This document shows positions 37,901 to 50,180 of a DNA stretch of 64,000 nucleotides, one piece after another. The position numbers and the translations under genes were made by a program. Location of the stretch: positions 4,466,001-4,530,000 of the forward strand of contig NC_087245.1 of assembly GCF_037042905.1 (NCBI RefSeq), read 5' to 3'. Origin of the DNA: Lytechinus pictus (lineage: Eukaryota). Numbering within the stretch: position 1 is the stretch's first letter; each line of letters begins with the position of its first letter. The notes under the pieces are model-generated. The model had not been told where the DNA came from. It saw only the letters and a program-made list of their open reading frames with translations, and searched no databases.

Positions 37901-40900
37901 AACTCTTCATGTCATATTGTGTCTCCTTGAAGATTCAAATACTCATAACTGATGAGTAATCTCAGTAGTAAATAACTCAAAAATAAAAGATGCAATTCTT
38001 GTACTTATCATCTTCTGAAATGTAAACTATGGCCCGTATTCTGAAGTCAGGTTTAACTTAGACCACGGTCTAACTCTGTACAAAAATTATGGAAAGCCAA
38101 AAAATAAAAAATTAAGTTTATATTTCATATTTCTTATGTTTAATATTTTGTTTCCTATTGCTTCCGTAATGAAGAGAATACTTCAGTTATAATTCCCAGA
38201 CAATTATAAACAATCTGGTTGTCATATGAGTTAATAAATTGAATGTTTTACTGTTAGCAAGGTTTCCACTTTGGCGAGTTGGAGTTGCGATTCATACGCG
38301 AGCTGCGCGAGCTCTAACTCGCCTTAGCTCGCACAAGCTCGCGTGAAATTTACATTTTTTCCTGGAATTTGCTTGAGTGACAAACGACTCAACATCGAGT
38401 TCACTACGCTCGCTGTACGAGTGAACCGAGCGCGAAACGAGTCAGGCCGAGCTTAGTATGAGTTGCGGTGACCTTTATACGACTTAAAGCGAGCTATGAA
38501 CGAGTTATAAAGATTTTGTTACGAGTGATAAGAGTTTCATACGACCAAGGGGCGGGATATGCACATTTTTGGCACTCAAAGATGGATGCCGGCGGCGGCG
38601 GCCTCAACACCAAATCTTAACCGAAGGTTAAGTTTTTGAAATGGCATCAAAACTTAGAAAGTATATGGACCTAGTTCATGAAACTTGACCATAAGGTTTA
38701 TCAATCATTACTAAACATCCTTCTCGAGTTTCAGGTCTCAAGACCAAGGTCAGAGGTCATTTATGGTCAATGAACTTAGACCATGTTTAGGGAATCAACA
38801 TCAAAATCTTAACCTACGGTTAAGTTTTTGAAATGTCATCATAACTTAGAAAATATATGAACCTAGTTCATGAAACGTGGACATAAGGTTAAGTATATAA
38901 ACATCCTGCTTGAGTCACATGACTAAGGTCAAAGGTCAATTAGGGTCAATGGACTTTGGCCAATTGGGGTATTTGTTAAATTAACATTATAACTTTGAAA
39001 ATTTTTGAATCTGATTCATGAAACTTGAACATAAGAGTAATCAGGTATCCCTAAACCTCCTGTGCGGATATCAGGTCACATGTCCAAGGTCAAAGGTCAA
39101 TGAACTTTAGTGATGTTCGGGTGATCTGTTGAATTACCATCATAACTTTGAAAGTTTATAGATCTGATTCATGAATCTTGGATATGAGAGTAATCAAGTA
39201 TTCCTGAACATCCTGTGCGAGTTTCAGGTCACATGACGAAGGTCAAATGTCATTTAAGGTCAATAAACCTTGGCCATGTTGGGGGTATTTGTTGAATTAC
39301 CATCATAACTTTGAAAGCTTATGGATATGATTCATCAACTTGGATATTAGAGTAGTCAAGTATCATCGAACATCTCATGCCAGTTTCAGGTCACATGACC
39401 AAAGTCAAAGGTCATTTAAGGTTATTGAACTTTGGCCATCTTTTAGATTAATACTATATTGCTGTCATAACTTTCAAAGTTTAGATACAGTTTATAAAAT
39501 GTGGATATAGGGGTAATCTAGTATCACATGACAAAGGTCAAATGTCATTTATTGTCAATGAACGTAGTATTGTATCATTGTATGAATGGTGTTTTTGTGA
39601 ATAATTATTTTATAGTAGTTTTCAGAGTCAGCACTGCTTCTATATTGGATAGCGTGATGCAGGTGAGACTGCCAGAGGCGCTCCACTTGGACCTTAATTG
39701 TCTAGTTTGATGTCTTGTTATTTTACCTTGGCTCTGCTCGTCATTGACCTCCTCTTCCGTTTCAATTGTCTCTTCCTGCACTTCTTCTACCCTTGTTTGA
39801 ATGTCATCTTCTTTCGCTGTTTCCCTACCTGAATGGCCACAACTCTTGGATCTTTTGGATCGAGGCATATTTCTCTCCTTATTTGTTGAAAGTTGTAATA
39901 ATGCAGTGGCAACAGCATTTTTAAAAGTACGTGTACATTGCGTGTGTCAGTTAAAATGTGCTCTCACTTTAAAATAAACTCCCCCCAAAAAGTTTGGAAA
40001 TCCGATTTTAATCAAAACTCCCTCCTCAGTTTTAGTAAATATCAATTGTTATTAATATCAATGAATAGATCATTTAAGTTTCTTTAAAATGATACCCTAC
40101 ATGATATGATTATGGTTCACATGGAGGTGCAGTGCCTTGAAATGTGGGGCAAGGTCAAAATTCAAAATTTAGTTGCAAAGTGACACAATATTGAAAGTCA
40201 CTGTTCCTTTTTCCGTGGTGATGAGTGAGTATTTTAAGCGGTTTCTTTTGAGTTTGATCGATAATCCCGCCTCGGTCTTAGTAAATATTAATGTTGAATT
40301 AATATCAATGAATAGATCATTTATTTTTCTTTAAAATGATACTTTCCATGATATGATTTTGGCTCACATGGAGGTGCAGTGCCTTGAAATGCGGGGCAAG
40401 GTCAAAATTCAAAATTTGCAAAATGACACAATATTGAAAGTCACTGTTCTTTTCTTCCATGATGATGAGTGACTCTCAGCAATTGTTTTCATGCACCTTA
40501 TCATCAACATTCAAATGGAATCAAACACACCTCTGCACAAGCAAACACACAACAAACGAACGTAAACCACAACAAAACATTATGAAATGAAAAAGCAGGG
40601 GTTTGATTTGAATGGATTTTCATCTTTATTGACAGAGACAAAAAAAATCATGTTCTGTATTGACCCTTCATGATTACTTCTGCTCGTTTTGCAGCTTTTT
40701 ACTTCAGACCTCATCCAACCCTTTTAAATTTTGCTCTTTTTGATGGCATGATCATAACAAGCATGGAATCATTTTAAAGAGAATAAAATGATCTTTTGAA
40801 AGATATCAAATATGCATTGTGTAAAATTTGGAGTTGGGAGAAATTAATGGCCAAACTCAGATTTCCAAACTTTTTTGAGGGGTTTATGTGTGGGGAAAAT

Positions 40901-43480
40901 ATAGATCACTGGACATTTATCATTCAGCTGGCATGCCTCTGAGCACTTGCAACGCACTCGGAATAAACTCATACGAAACTCGCTGTAACTCGGGGTGCTC
41001 GATCTAAAGTCGCGCTAATCTCGCGTGCACCTCCATTTGACTCGTAAAACGATCGCAGTGCTCGTATATCGCTCTTGAAAACTCGGAACGCACTCGCGTA
41101 TACTCAGATGTGGCGAGTTATTACGAGTTATTGTGAGTTTATCTCGAGCTTCTTACGAGTTATTGCGAGTACTGCGAGTATATAACGAGTTTAGGTGAGT
41201 TCAGCACGAGTTACAGCGAGTTAGCAAAATTTTTGAACATGTTCAAAAATGTTGAAACAGCTCACGACTTCAAGGAGAGTTGTCCCGAGCTTGAACGAGC
41301 TCCGCCGAGCCATGCCGAGTTGTCGCGAGTTATCCCGAGTTCCATGGTGAGCTTTATGCGAGTTATCGCGAGTGCCTCATTTTGGCAACTCGCTATAACT
41401 CGCCATAACTCGCGATGTTAACTCGCCAAAGTGGAAACCTTGCTTTAGGGATTCGTGCCCCAATTGGCTCTCCATACTTAAACCACAACTTTAAACCAGG
41501 GATTGAATTAAACCCGACTTCAGAATACGGGCCTATGAGTCCATGTACATTACTTGTTTTCAATTTTATTTGTTTAAAAGTGAAACGGCCCCAGGCTAAC
41601 ACATCTGGTAGTAAACCTAGCGTTGAGGTTGAGCCTGATGCCGAAGCTACGTTAGAAGATATCAGACAGACTTTCTTAAAGACACAGAAGAAACTAGCCA
41701 GAGAAGCTCTACAGGATCTTGAACGACTTGATAGGTATATCACCTATTATTATTAGTCATCATTATGGTGCTGTTTGAAAGGAAATCGCAGCTCATCTTC
41801 AGAATATATTTGCAACCTCTCCCCTCAATCATACATTAACTACTCCTAATTATTTTCCCCTATATATCCCCGCAGTACGCCATTTTATCTAATTTTATTC
41901 AAACCATCCAAATGTAGCTGGTACAAGAAAAATGTTAAAACGGCTGTTCGGCGGCCATAGGGGAAATGAGACTATAGCATTAGCACCATCATTTGTGTAA
42001 ATTTGACAATCCAAAAAATGGAAATTACTCTGAGAAGGCTGAAGTAAGTTGCAGAATTGAAGAGAGTATTGGGGTTGTTTAGATTCACTCATGGGATACA
42101 TTCTTTTCTTTATAGGAATATAACACCTTTTCGATCAGCACGCAGGAATGTTGTTTTGTCTGTAAATGCTTTGTTTTCAATTGTTTCTTTCACTTTTTAT
42201 TTCATTTGACATTTCATCTTACTAGGGACAGACAACGAGTGATAAAACACAAGTTTCAGGTGATAACATTAAGTCCTTTATTTGAGAAGACAGTGTTTTA
42301 TCTACAATCAGCTAGAGCTCATCAGGCAGGCCCTGTTATGACTATCGATGACAGTGATGAAATCAAACTATCTCCATGGTGAGGACTTATCTTATTCAAT
42401 CAAACTGCTTTACTATAATATTTTTTCGTAGGTTTTAAAAAAATCATGCCTTTAATTGTGTGTTCATTGTGGCAGCCAAGTTTGAAGAAATAATAGCTGG
42501 TAGTTGGCAACATGGGCCCTGATGATGCAGATATAAATGTCAATTTGCTAGTGTTTATCTAATTTATGTGCATCATAAAAAAATTTGTCATTCATTTTAC
42601 CATGTCCTCCTTTACATTGCTTGGCTAATTTGATTCAGTGTATTTTTATCATCAGGTACATGGATCTTAAAGCAAGTGTTGAAGAGGTATTGGGCAAGCA
42701 TGACACGGACGTCGTCAATCTTTTCAATAAACTCTCACAATTTTCACTTGAAGATGGAAAATCAATTCCTAATGCAAAGGTTAGATTAAGTTTCTTTATA
42801 CTTTGTAGGCATTTCTTATAAAAAATTTAAAAAGTTTTTTTGAGGATCATTTAGTTCTTGCATACATCTTTTAGTTATCGGTATCAAGATATATCATAAA
42901 AATCATTTCCTAACTGGAATCAACTTGAAGTTCTCTGATTCTTCTGTATTTGATTTCAATGAATGGAGATGCTTTGGTGTCAGCTTTGACTGAAAAATTA
43001 TTTTTCCTTTTCTTAAAAAAGGTGATTAAACTGTTGAGAAAACCATGCATATCTTCTTTGGCAATTAGGGTTGTTTGTCTTATAAAATGGAAAAATAAAT
43101 TATATAAAGATTTAAAAATGTAATCATTTGATTTAATTCAAAAATACTATTGTACTTGCTGTTGATACATGTATACTAGTATGCAGAAATGAATAGTACA
43201 AGGAAAATTGTACTTTTGTTTCTCTTATGCTTTCAGCATGTAAAAAAAGAGAGAGAGGAAATTATCAGTTGTCTATAATTATAATCTCTGCATACAGGAG
43301 AAGCTATGTTTACTAGTGATGTCAATGCCAGCGAGTGATCTCCTAACCATTCCTATGCAGCTCGCAATTGTCTTTGTACTCGAAGAGATCCTGTGGGCTC
43401 CTCCACGTGCTCTAGCACAGTGGCTGCATCACAAGAAAGTACCCCTGATCATCGACATCGATCTACAATCAACAACATAG
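27449..43480 (+). CDS. Uncharacterised protein, ~675 aa, 13 coding exons
   Basis: Exons 27449(ATG)-27605, 28717-28937, 31467-31556, 32126-32299, 32968-33110, 33371-33547, 34385-34594, 36475-36611, 37763-37867, 41581-41734, 42226-42378, 42656-42779, 43298-43480(TAG). All introns are GT-AG and the phases join into one 2028-nt open frame. N-terminus MAPATGTS; C-terminus ...AKEKLCLLVMSMPASDLLTIPMQLAIVFVLEEILWAPPRALAQWLHHKKVPLIIDIDLQSTT. Confidence 0.85.
27816..28553 (+). mobile_element. Diverged Helentron/DINE-like element, same family
   Basis: Degenerate 5' hairpin, core repeats containing aaggtcaaaggtca, and 3' ttttcaaagtcagcactgctgctatattgaatcgcg. Confidence 0.7.
29272..29490 (+). mobile_element. 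tRNA-derived SINE remnant
   Basis: A-box-like tggtctagtg and B-box gggttcgaatcc followed by a non-tRNA body and an AT tail; no complete cloverleaf. Confidence 0.6.
29605..31412. mobile_element. Host MITE with degenerate telomere-like (AGGGTT) interior
   Basis: TIR gacatttgctcctgcgacaattactccg / cggagcgattgtcgccggaacaaatatc; agggtt-like motifs on both sides of the nested hAT element. Confidence 0.6.
29727..31321. mobile_element. hAT-like non-autonomous element nested in another MITE
   Basis: TIR cagcggcgtaacagg/cctgttacgccactg; 8-bp TSD ggtaaagt; internal gagcgaagcgagc motifs. Confidence 0.8.
31568..32085. repeat. (GTA)n microsatellite
   Basis: Direct reading. Confidence 0.97.
32572..32789. 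mobile_element. hAT-like MITE
   Basis: TIR catgggcggaaatcc/ggatttccgcccatg; 8-bp TSD cccaggtc. Confidence 0.85.
35692..35849. mobile_element. hAT-like MITE (same family as 32572), inserted in a GTGCCC-motif repeat
   Basis: TIR cataggcggaaatc/ggattcccgcccatg; 8-bp TSD cccctcac. Confidence 0.8.
38586..39690 (+). mobile_element. Helentron/DINE-like element, same family, lacking the 5' hairpin; nested
   Basis: (GGC)n, several core repeats, and 3' gcaggtgagactgccagaggcgctccacttg. Confidence 0.75.
39977..40884. mobile_element. Tc1/mariner-like MITE (nested)
   Basis: TA|aactccccccaaaaagtttggaaatc ... gatttccaaacttttttgaggggtt|TA; internal ~240-bp direct duplication. Confidence 0.7.
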
Positions 43481-46400
43481 TCGTCCATTGTACACGTTTC
43501 AATTAGTCTTCCATTCAGCATTGTCTTTGTTGACAATAGAACATGGTGGAATCAGTGTTTTCAGCATTAAAATAATGCTCCATTAATATAGTCTGCCTGG
43601 ACTTTATTTTTTTTAAACAAAACTATTAGACAATTGCATTACATTGAAAATTGGATCTTGGATGAAGTATTAGAGAAACTAAGTTTAGAGAAACTATGTT
43701 GAGAGAAACATTAAGAAAGTTTAGTCAGCTTCTTAGTAATGTAGTACAAGTTTCTTTGAGATATTATCTAAATCTATTGGAAATGTAAAAACCAGGATAT
43801 AGTTTCTTGTTGAAATACAAAATCAAGCCTGATTTAGGTAGAGCATCATCGATTCATATGCATATTATGTCAAGAAAAATTAATGCATTAAATTGACAGA
43901 AGCTTGGACGTTTTTGCAGTTATTGGAACATTTGAGAATCAAAACTTCAAAAACAGTCAACAGAATTTCATATTGCTACGTGATGAACTTAGGTTATTTT
44001 GGGTTATAGAATTGAAACTGAGCATAAGAAGTAAGAATGCACAAAAGAACATCTGCGAAGCGCAACGACAAAAAAGAAGCTAGTCCTTGCCAGCGATGAT
44101 GATGAGCAAATGTGATATTATGTCTTGATATGACTAATAAATTATTATCAAAGGCACAATTTTGAAGAATAGTTCATTTATGTTACTCTTAAATCTTACT
44201 CTGTTGAACTAATAGGATAATGTGATTTTTGTACAAAATAAAAATAATAGGTTATTCTAAAATTCCTTAACCACAAATGATAAGTAAAATAACCCAAAAA
44301 ATCTATCAATGAATATATTTGTGAGTTATTAATTTGTGAAACACCTATCAGCCCATCAGTAGTAATGTCAATAATAGCTGGATTTAAATAGTGTCTTTTT
44401 TAGAAGATGACAGGCATTATTATTACAATTATGAAGGTATAGCTCAAGCTATCAGTTCCCATGCTCAGTGCATTCAAAGAATTAATACTGCTACATGTAG
44501 GTACACCACATCATGGATGCTAATCTTGGACATAGAATCATATTTAGGATGGGAACATTTTTCATGAAACCACTGAATTCAACTGAGAATATAGTTGTCT
44601 AATTTTCCCATCACTGAATCTTTGTAAAACACCACTCTTGATGGAAAATATGAAACACATTTCATCTGTTTTTCTTGCCTACCAACCAACCAACCAACCC
44701 ATCCACCCCCACACCCAACCCAACCATAAATAGATGAATAAATAAATAAATTAATTAATCAATCAAAGATCAATAAATCACTCAATCACTAAATAAACAA
44801 ATAAAAATATCAATCAATCAATTAACAAGATAACTACCAGTCAATTAACTAATTATGATCCCTCGACTACAATTCTAATCAACCAATCAATTATCAAACG
44901 GTCCACAGATCTATTTGTAGTAAATCTACTAAAACTAACAATCACTTATCAATAAGTAATTTAATAATTTGTATACCAATTAATCAGTCAATCTGATAAA
45001 ACAAAGAATATTTCTTACTTACAATAAAATGACTGCCTATAACTATGCTAATAACAAAATGCATCGATCAAACAAACAAGTATCTTCAACAGAGTAATTT
45101 TAAGCACAGCAGTTTTATCATTTTATTCATGATTAAAAAATATACACTTTGAACTGTACAATGTAATGTACCCAAATAAAAACTCAATGATTTGGATATA
45201 GCAATGATATATAGCAGCAAATGATTGCCTCAAGATTCCTAATATATTTCAATTTGTATACATTCACATATGGTAACACTAAATGTTACATCAAGTCATT
45301 TTGTTTGTTTCCATCTTTGTTCACTCAAAACAAATTTTATTATCAGGTAAAAATTCACAATCTATTTTCATTGTTTACAACTTTGTGTGAAAACATAGAA
45401 CATAAATCTAATATCTACAAAAAGCAAACGTACATGAATAAAGATTTTTTTAAGTATTCAAATACATTCAACATTGACAAAAATAGAATATTCTAAGATC
45501 TCCAAAATATTTCAAGAATTCAGCATGGAGTGGTCTATAATTCAAATTTGTGCTAAAATATTGATTTCATCATGGCACGGTACAATCTGTTCTTTCAACA
45601 TACATGATAAACACAATACTGTTGCATATTACAAAGATGTTTACCAGGACAATATAAAGCACATACATATGAATATCAACACTTTTCTGTGATTTTACTA
45701 ACCAGTTTAAACATACTTTCTAGTCATATTTTGTTAAATTGCTTTTTCCTCTTCATTATTTGAAGGCATGTCATCAACTATATTGATTAAAAAGTACAAG
45801 ATCAAAATTTTTATTGTTTAAAGAATAAGATTAAATTTCACGAGAGCCAGTTTGTCCCCTCCTTTGATTTACATCTTTGAGCATTGTTTTCACACTAAAG
45901 CAGTCTCTTGAATGGTGCAAGGGGGTAAAAAAACCAACCTAGATGTTGAATGTATGCATTCAATAAACCATGGGTAATGCTGCTACAAACTATGCGCATG
46001 ATTTTATGGAGTGACCTTAACCCCCTCTTTTTCATAAGATAAGCAGTTTATGAAATGCCTATCTGCGCTACATAAAAATTGTGGACAAAATTTTGTACAT
46101 TGTAACAGAATGGAATTGATTCTTTAAATCGGTATAAATAAATGCCATGATTTCTTTCAAACATAGTTATGAGCATCAGAAAAACCTTGAACACAATTAT
46201 CATGTTTTGGAGACAAACCCAGGTTTAGGCCAGTTTGTAAAATTGTTGATGAATTGTGAAAGCCGGATGAGCATTAAATCATGTTCTAACAAAAGGAGAG
46301 AGAGAGAGGGAAGCAAGAGCGATAATATTGTACAGCCTCATTATATGAAGGACACAAGTGAATTAGTCAAGAGTTACATTTAGTTGAATAAACTTGAACT

Positions 46401-46574
46401 TAACTCAAATGACCTATGACTTTACATGTGACCTCCAAAAGCAATGTAACAAATGTTTTGCCAATGATTTCTGAATGTATAATGCTATAAATGTCCTCTA
46501 GTACATGTATCTCTATGACCAAGTATGGTTTACAGCAGCATGTGCTGTACTGGCAACCACTATGTATCTAAGAG

Positions 46575-46976
46575 GGTAAATTGCCAATTCGTCCACTGCC
46601 AACTAGTCCACTCACCACATGGTCTACCTTCATTTAGTATAATGCCATTCCGTCCATCAACATTTCATCTTACAACCATATGGTCCAATAATAAATTCAT
46701 CTAATCACCATTTCGTCTATTACCATTTCGTCTAATAACTAGTTGGTCTAAAACCCATTTTCCTTTCATTCATTTTGCACAATTAACACTTAAGTTTAAT
46801 TAGACAAAATGGTATATGGACTAAATGGTTATTGGACCTACTGGTTATTAGATGGAATGGCATTAGACTAAATGAGATTAGACCATGTGGTGAGTAAACG
46901 AACTGATAATAGACCAAATGGTAGTAGACGAGTTGGCAATTAGATGAATTGGCATTAGATGAATTGGAAATAAACT
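46575..46976. mobile_element. Palindromic MITE (MULE/hAT-like)
   Basis: Arms built from ccatttcgtcta/tagacgaaatgg-like motifs; 8(-9)-bp TSD tctaagag. Confidence 0.7.
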
Positions 46977-47467
46977 TCTAAGAGTGTATTGCAGGAAAAC
47001 TTTAAAGCATGCCCTAAAATGAACCCTTCTAGAGAACCCCCCCCCCCGAAAATTTCACGGTAGGGGGTGCCTCATCTCTTCTATACACAAATAATCATTC
47101 TTAAAAATAATTGAAACACCTTTGTAAAACTAAGCTTTTAACTTTAGGCATTCTCAAAACATTAACATTTGAAGTGTTCATTAACACTATAACACTATAA
47201 ATGGAAACAAAAACAAAAATGAGAAACCAAGATAAATGTGTAACTGAAAAAAAAAGACAAAAAAGTAGCCTGTTTAAAGCACTCATCTTTATGTATCAAA
47301 GTAAAGACACAAAACACATACACACACACACACACACAAAACTTGACATTCTCTTAACCAATTTTCCTATACTAATTACAGTTGGTTTACTGAATGAGAA
47401 TCATGTCAAAATGAATGCCCAAATACATATTTGTCCAATACTTCTTTGGCAAAAGGGCTCCACAGTA

Positions 47468-49070
47468 GTGGAGATTGGGGTTAGTTGGAACGCGGGGTAA
47501 GTTGAAACATTGTCATTTTCTTTAACGCCTTCACATAAATTTATGCAATACTGCCCTCAATTTATTGCCATTATCAACTGTCATCCACCACATGTGCAAC
47601 AAGCCTGGTGAAGTTAGAAAGGATTCAAAGGAATTTTTGTTTTTTCACCTTCTGAGTAATTTGTTTCTCTTTCAGAAATGTTTTATTATCTCCGAGAAGT
47701 TTATAGATCAAGTTGGCCATTTTGGGGGTATAATAGACACTTGTACCAAGCTACAAAATAAGGTTATTAATATGCCATTATGAAGTCCCTTATTTGTGCT
47801 GTAAGCTTGTGAATGTCAAATGGGCCTCTGGAGTTAGTTGGAACAAAATTGAAGGGGTTATTTGGAACATGTTCCAACTTACCCCAAACATAATTATGAA
47901 TAAAAACAATGAATATGAGAAAAAAATGTATACAGTATTTCACACTCTTTTGAACTTGTCCTGTAAGCCAGGCATGTTTTGTTTCTCAGTTAGGTCTGAG
48001 TGTGCATTTAAGGCCTATTGTAGGCCCCTAATGCAATATTAACCCTTATCAAACTGGGGGGGGGGGGGTAAATTTGAAGTCTTGCACATCATTTGAGACC
48101 AAATTTGCGATGCCCGGGTGCGCAGTTTCGAAATCACGCAACAATTGCATGTCTGACCCAAAATTGCTCAAAAACGTGATCCCATGTACAAGGTCAATGC
48201 AAATTGTACATGTATGATTATTTTTATTTTTGTTGGTTCAAATGGATTTATTTTATGCTATTTATGATCGCAAAAGGGTCCCGACAAAGTTCAGTGGAAA
48301 AAATATTAAAAAACAAAGGTTCGAAAAAAACTAAGAAATACAAATTTAAAAACAAAAAATACATAAATTATATTTTTTTGCCTTTTTTTTCGTAGATACA
48401 GTGTATTTTTTATAAATGTAAAAATTGATAATCTCACCAAAATTAGCATTCTACTAGGTTAATAAATTGAGTTAAAGGCAAAAACATAGACAAAAAAACA
48501 AATTTAGGGCAAATTTCATGCTTATTTGCATAATGAATTAATAAAAAATATAAACAATTAATTTTTGTCGTGTAAATTTGATGCAGAAGTACATAAAATT
48601 GCTGATACACTTAATTGCAAGTAAGATCAAACGCACACAAATACGCGGAATTCTACTACACAGTCGGCTTGCTTGAGTGGCTGTATAATAGAAAACATAA
48701 AGTTTAACAAATCAGAATACACACCTTTAATATTTTGAACTTGAAAAAAATAAACAAGTTGGCTAAAACCATGTAATATTACAGTCTAAGTAGTTTTAGT
48801 TTAATTCTTAACTGACCATGCAGTGTTCCAACTTACCCCATACCATGTTCCAACTTACCCCGTATATGGGGTAAGTTGGAACGCTTGCGATGGTCTTGTT
48901 CAAGGTTGATTTTTTTCAGTAACCATCACAGAATTAAAAATTTTATGGGGTACATTTGAAGCCCTTAGATATATGCTTTAAGCTGATATATTGATTGTTT
49001 CTCAAATAAAATCTATTCGGATTTTACAGCCATTTTTGTGAAAAATGTTCCAACTAACCCCAATCTCCCC
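47468..49070. mobile_element. pogo/Tc1-like non-autonomous element
   Basis: TA|g(t)ggagattggggttagttggaac ... gttccaactaaccccaatctcccc|TA; repeated ggggtaagttggaac motifs. Confidence 0.75.
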
Positions 49071-50180
49071 TACTCTCGGGCCATATTTCATTAAGCATTT
49101 TACCCAAGAGGAGAGGACTTATGTTGATAAGTTTAATGCAACAGGCTACATGATCTTCTTTATCCCATATACAAGATTGTGATCATACAACAATCAGTTA
49201 AGAAGATCTAGATTCAACAGAAAGATAGTTATATAACTTTTTTTTAGATATCACATACAGATACAGCAAAATTCCGTTGTAAACAATATCATCAATAGTG
49301 CTCTCCATATTCTGTACATAATTATTTCCAAATCCAAGCAATATATAAGCTACTTAGTAAGATTTCGGACAATAGTACATTATGTTGATCATATACATAC
49401 ATGATTCCTGAGAAGTGGTACAAAATTTGAAGAAATTTCATTAATTTGACAAAATATCAACTTCACCTGATAGTCTAATGTTAACTTGAGAGAAAAAAAA
49501 CTTAATTCATAAAAATTTCAAAGACATATATCACACATGTATATGTTTGACATATTCAACTTCAGATGGCAGTTTTGCTATATAAAATCATGACCATTTT
49601 TCATTGACGAGTGGAATGGTGGTTGAATAAAATGTAACTCAAATGTAATATAACATAAGTCAGAACTAAATATCAAACTATATATTTCCAAGACAATTCT
49701 CACAACCAAGTCCCTATGCCCAGTCCTAAACAATTTTGACTGATAAGGAGTCCCTTTCATAATAACTGTCCTAACTCTGCCAGTATAGCAGCTACCATGG
49801 TAACAAGGCTCAGCAGCCAATCACAATCTAGGTTTCCCATATAACTTACAATAATGGCAAATTTACAATAGTTATAAGTTTTCATGAAACAGGACCAAGA
49901 TGGATAGTCCTGGAATGTGGCATTTGAACAAACAAAAAAAAAAAAAAAAAGAAGAAGAAAAGAATATGTGCAAGATAGCAAAAAATTGCATACAACCTAT
50001 AAAAGATAGGAATACTATAATACAGTTTGATTGCATGTTGCTTTTAGATTTGTATGTGTGAGCTAAAGTAATTTTCAACCATTGTGATGGACCACAGCAA
50101 TATTATTATTAAACAAACAAAAATTCAAAGAAAATATATGGAAAGGATACCTGAAGAATGTTTGAGAAAGAATGGTTTAA

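Larger units (their letters stand above)
38256..41444. mobile_element. PIF/Harbinger-like element with CGAGT-rich subterminal repeats
   Basis: Perfect 25-bp TIR agcaaggtttccactttggcgagtt; TTA target; many acgagtt/aactcg motifs near both ends. Confidence 0.8.
38031..41533. mobile_element. Outer Harbinger-like MITE hosting nested insertions
   Basis: TIR ggcccgtattctgaagtc/gacttcagaatacgggcc; 3-bp TSD tat. Confidence 0.8.

Noticed and set aside
45120..50180. ~5-kb KYNU 3' UTR converging on gene 2
   Set aside because: Plausible, but the poly(A) site cannot be fixed from AT-rich sequence alone.
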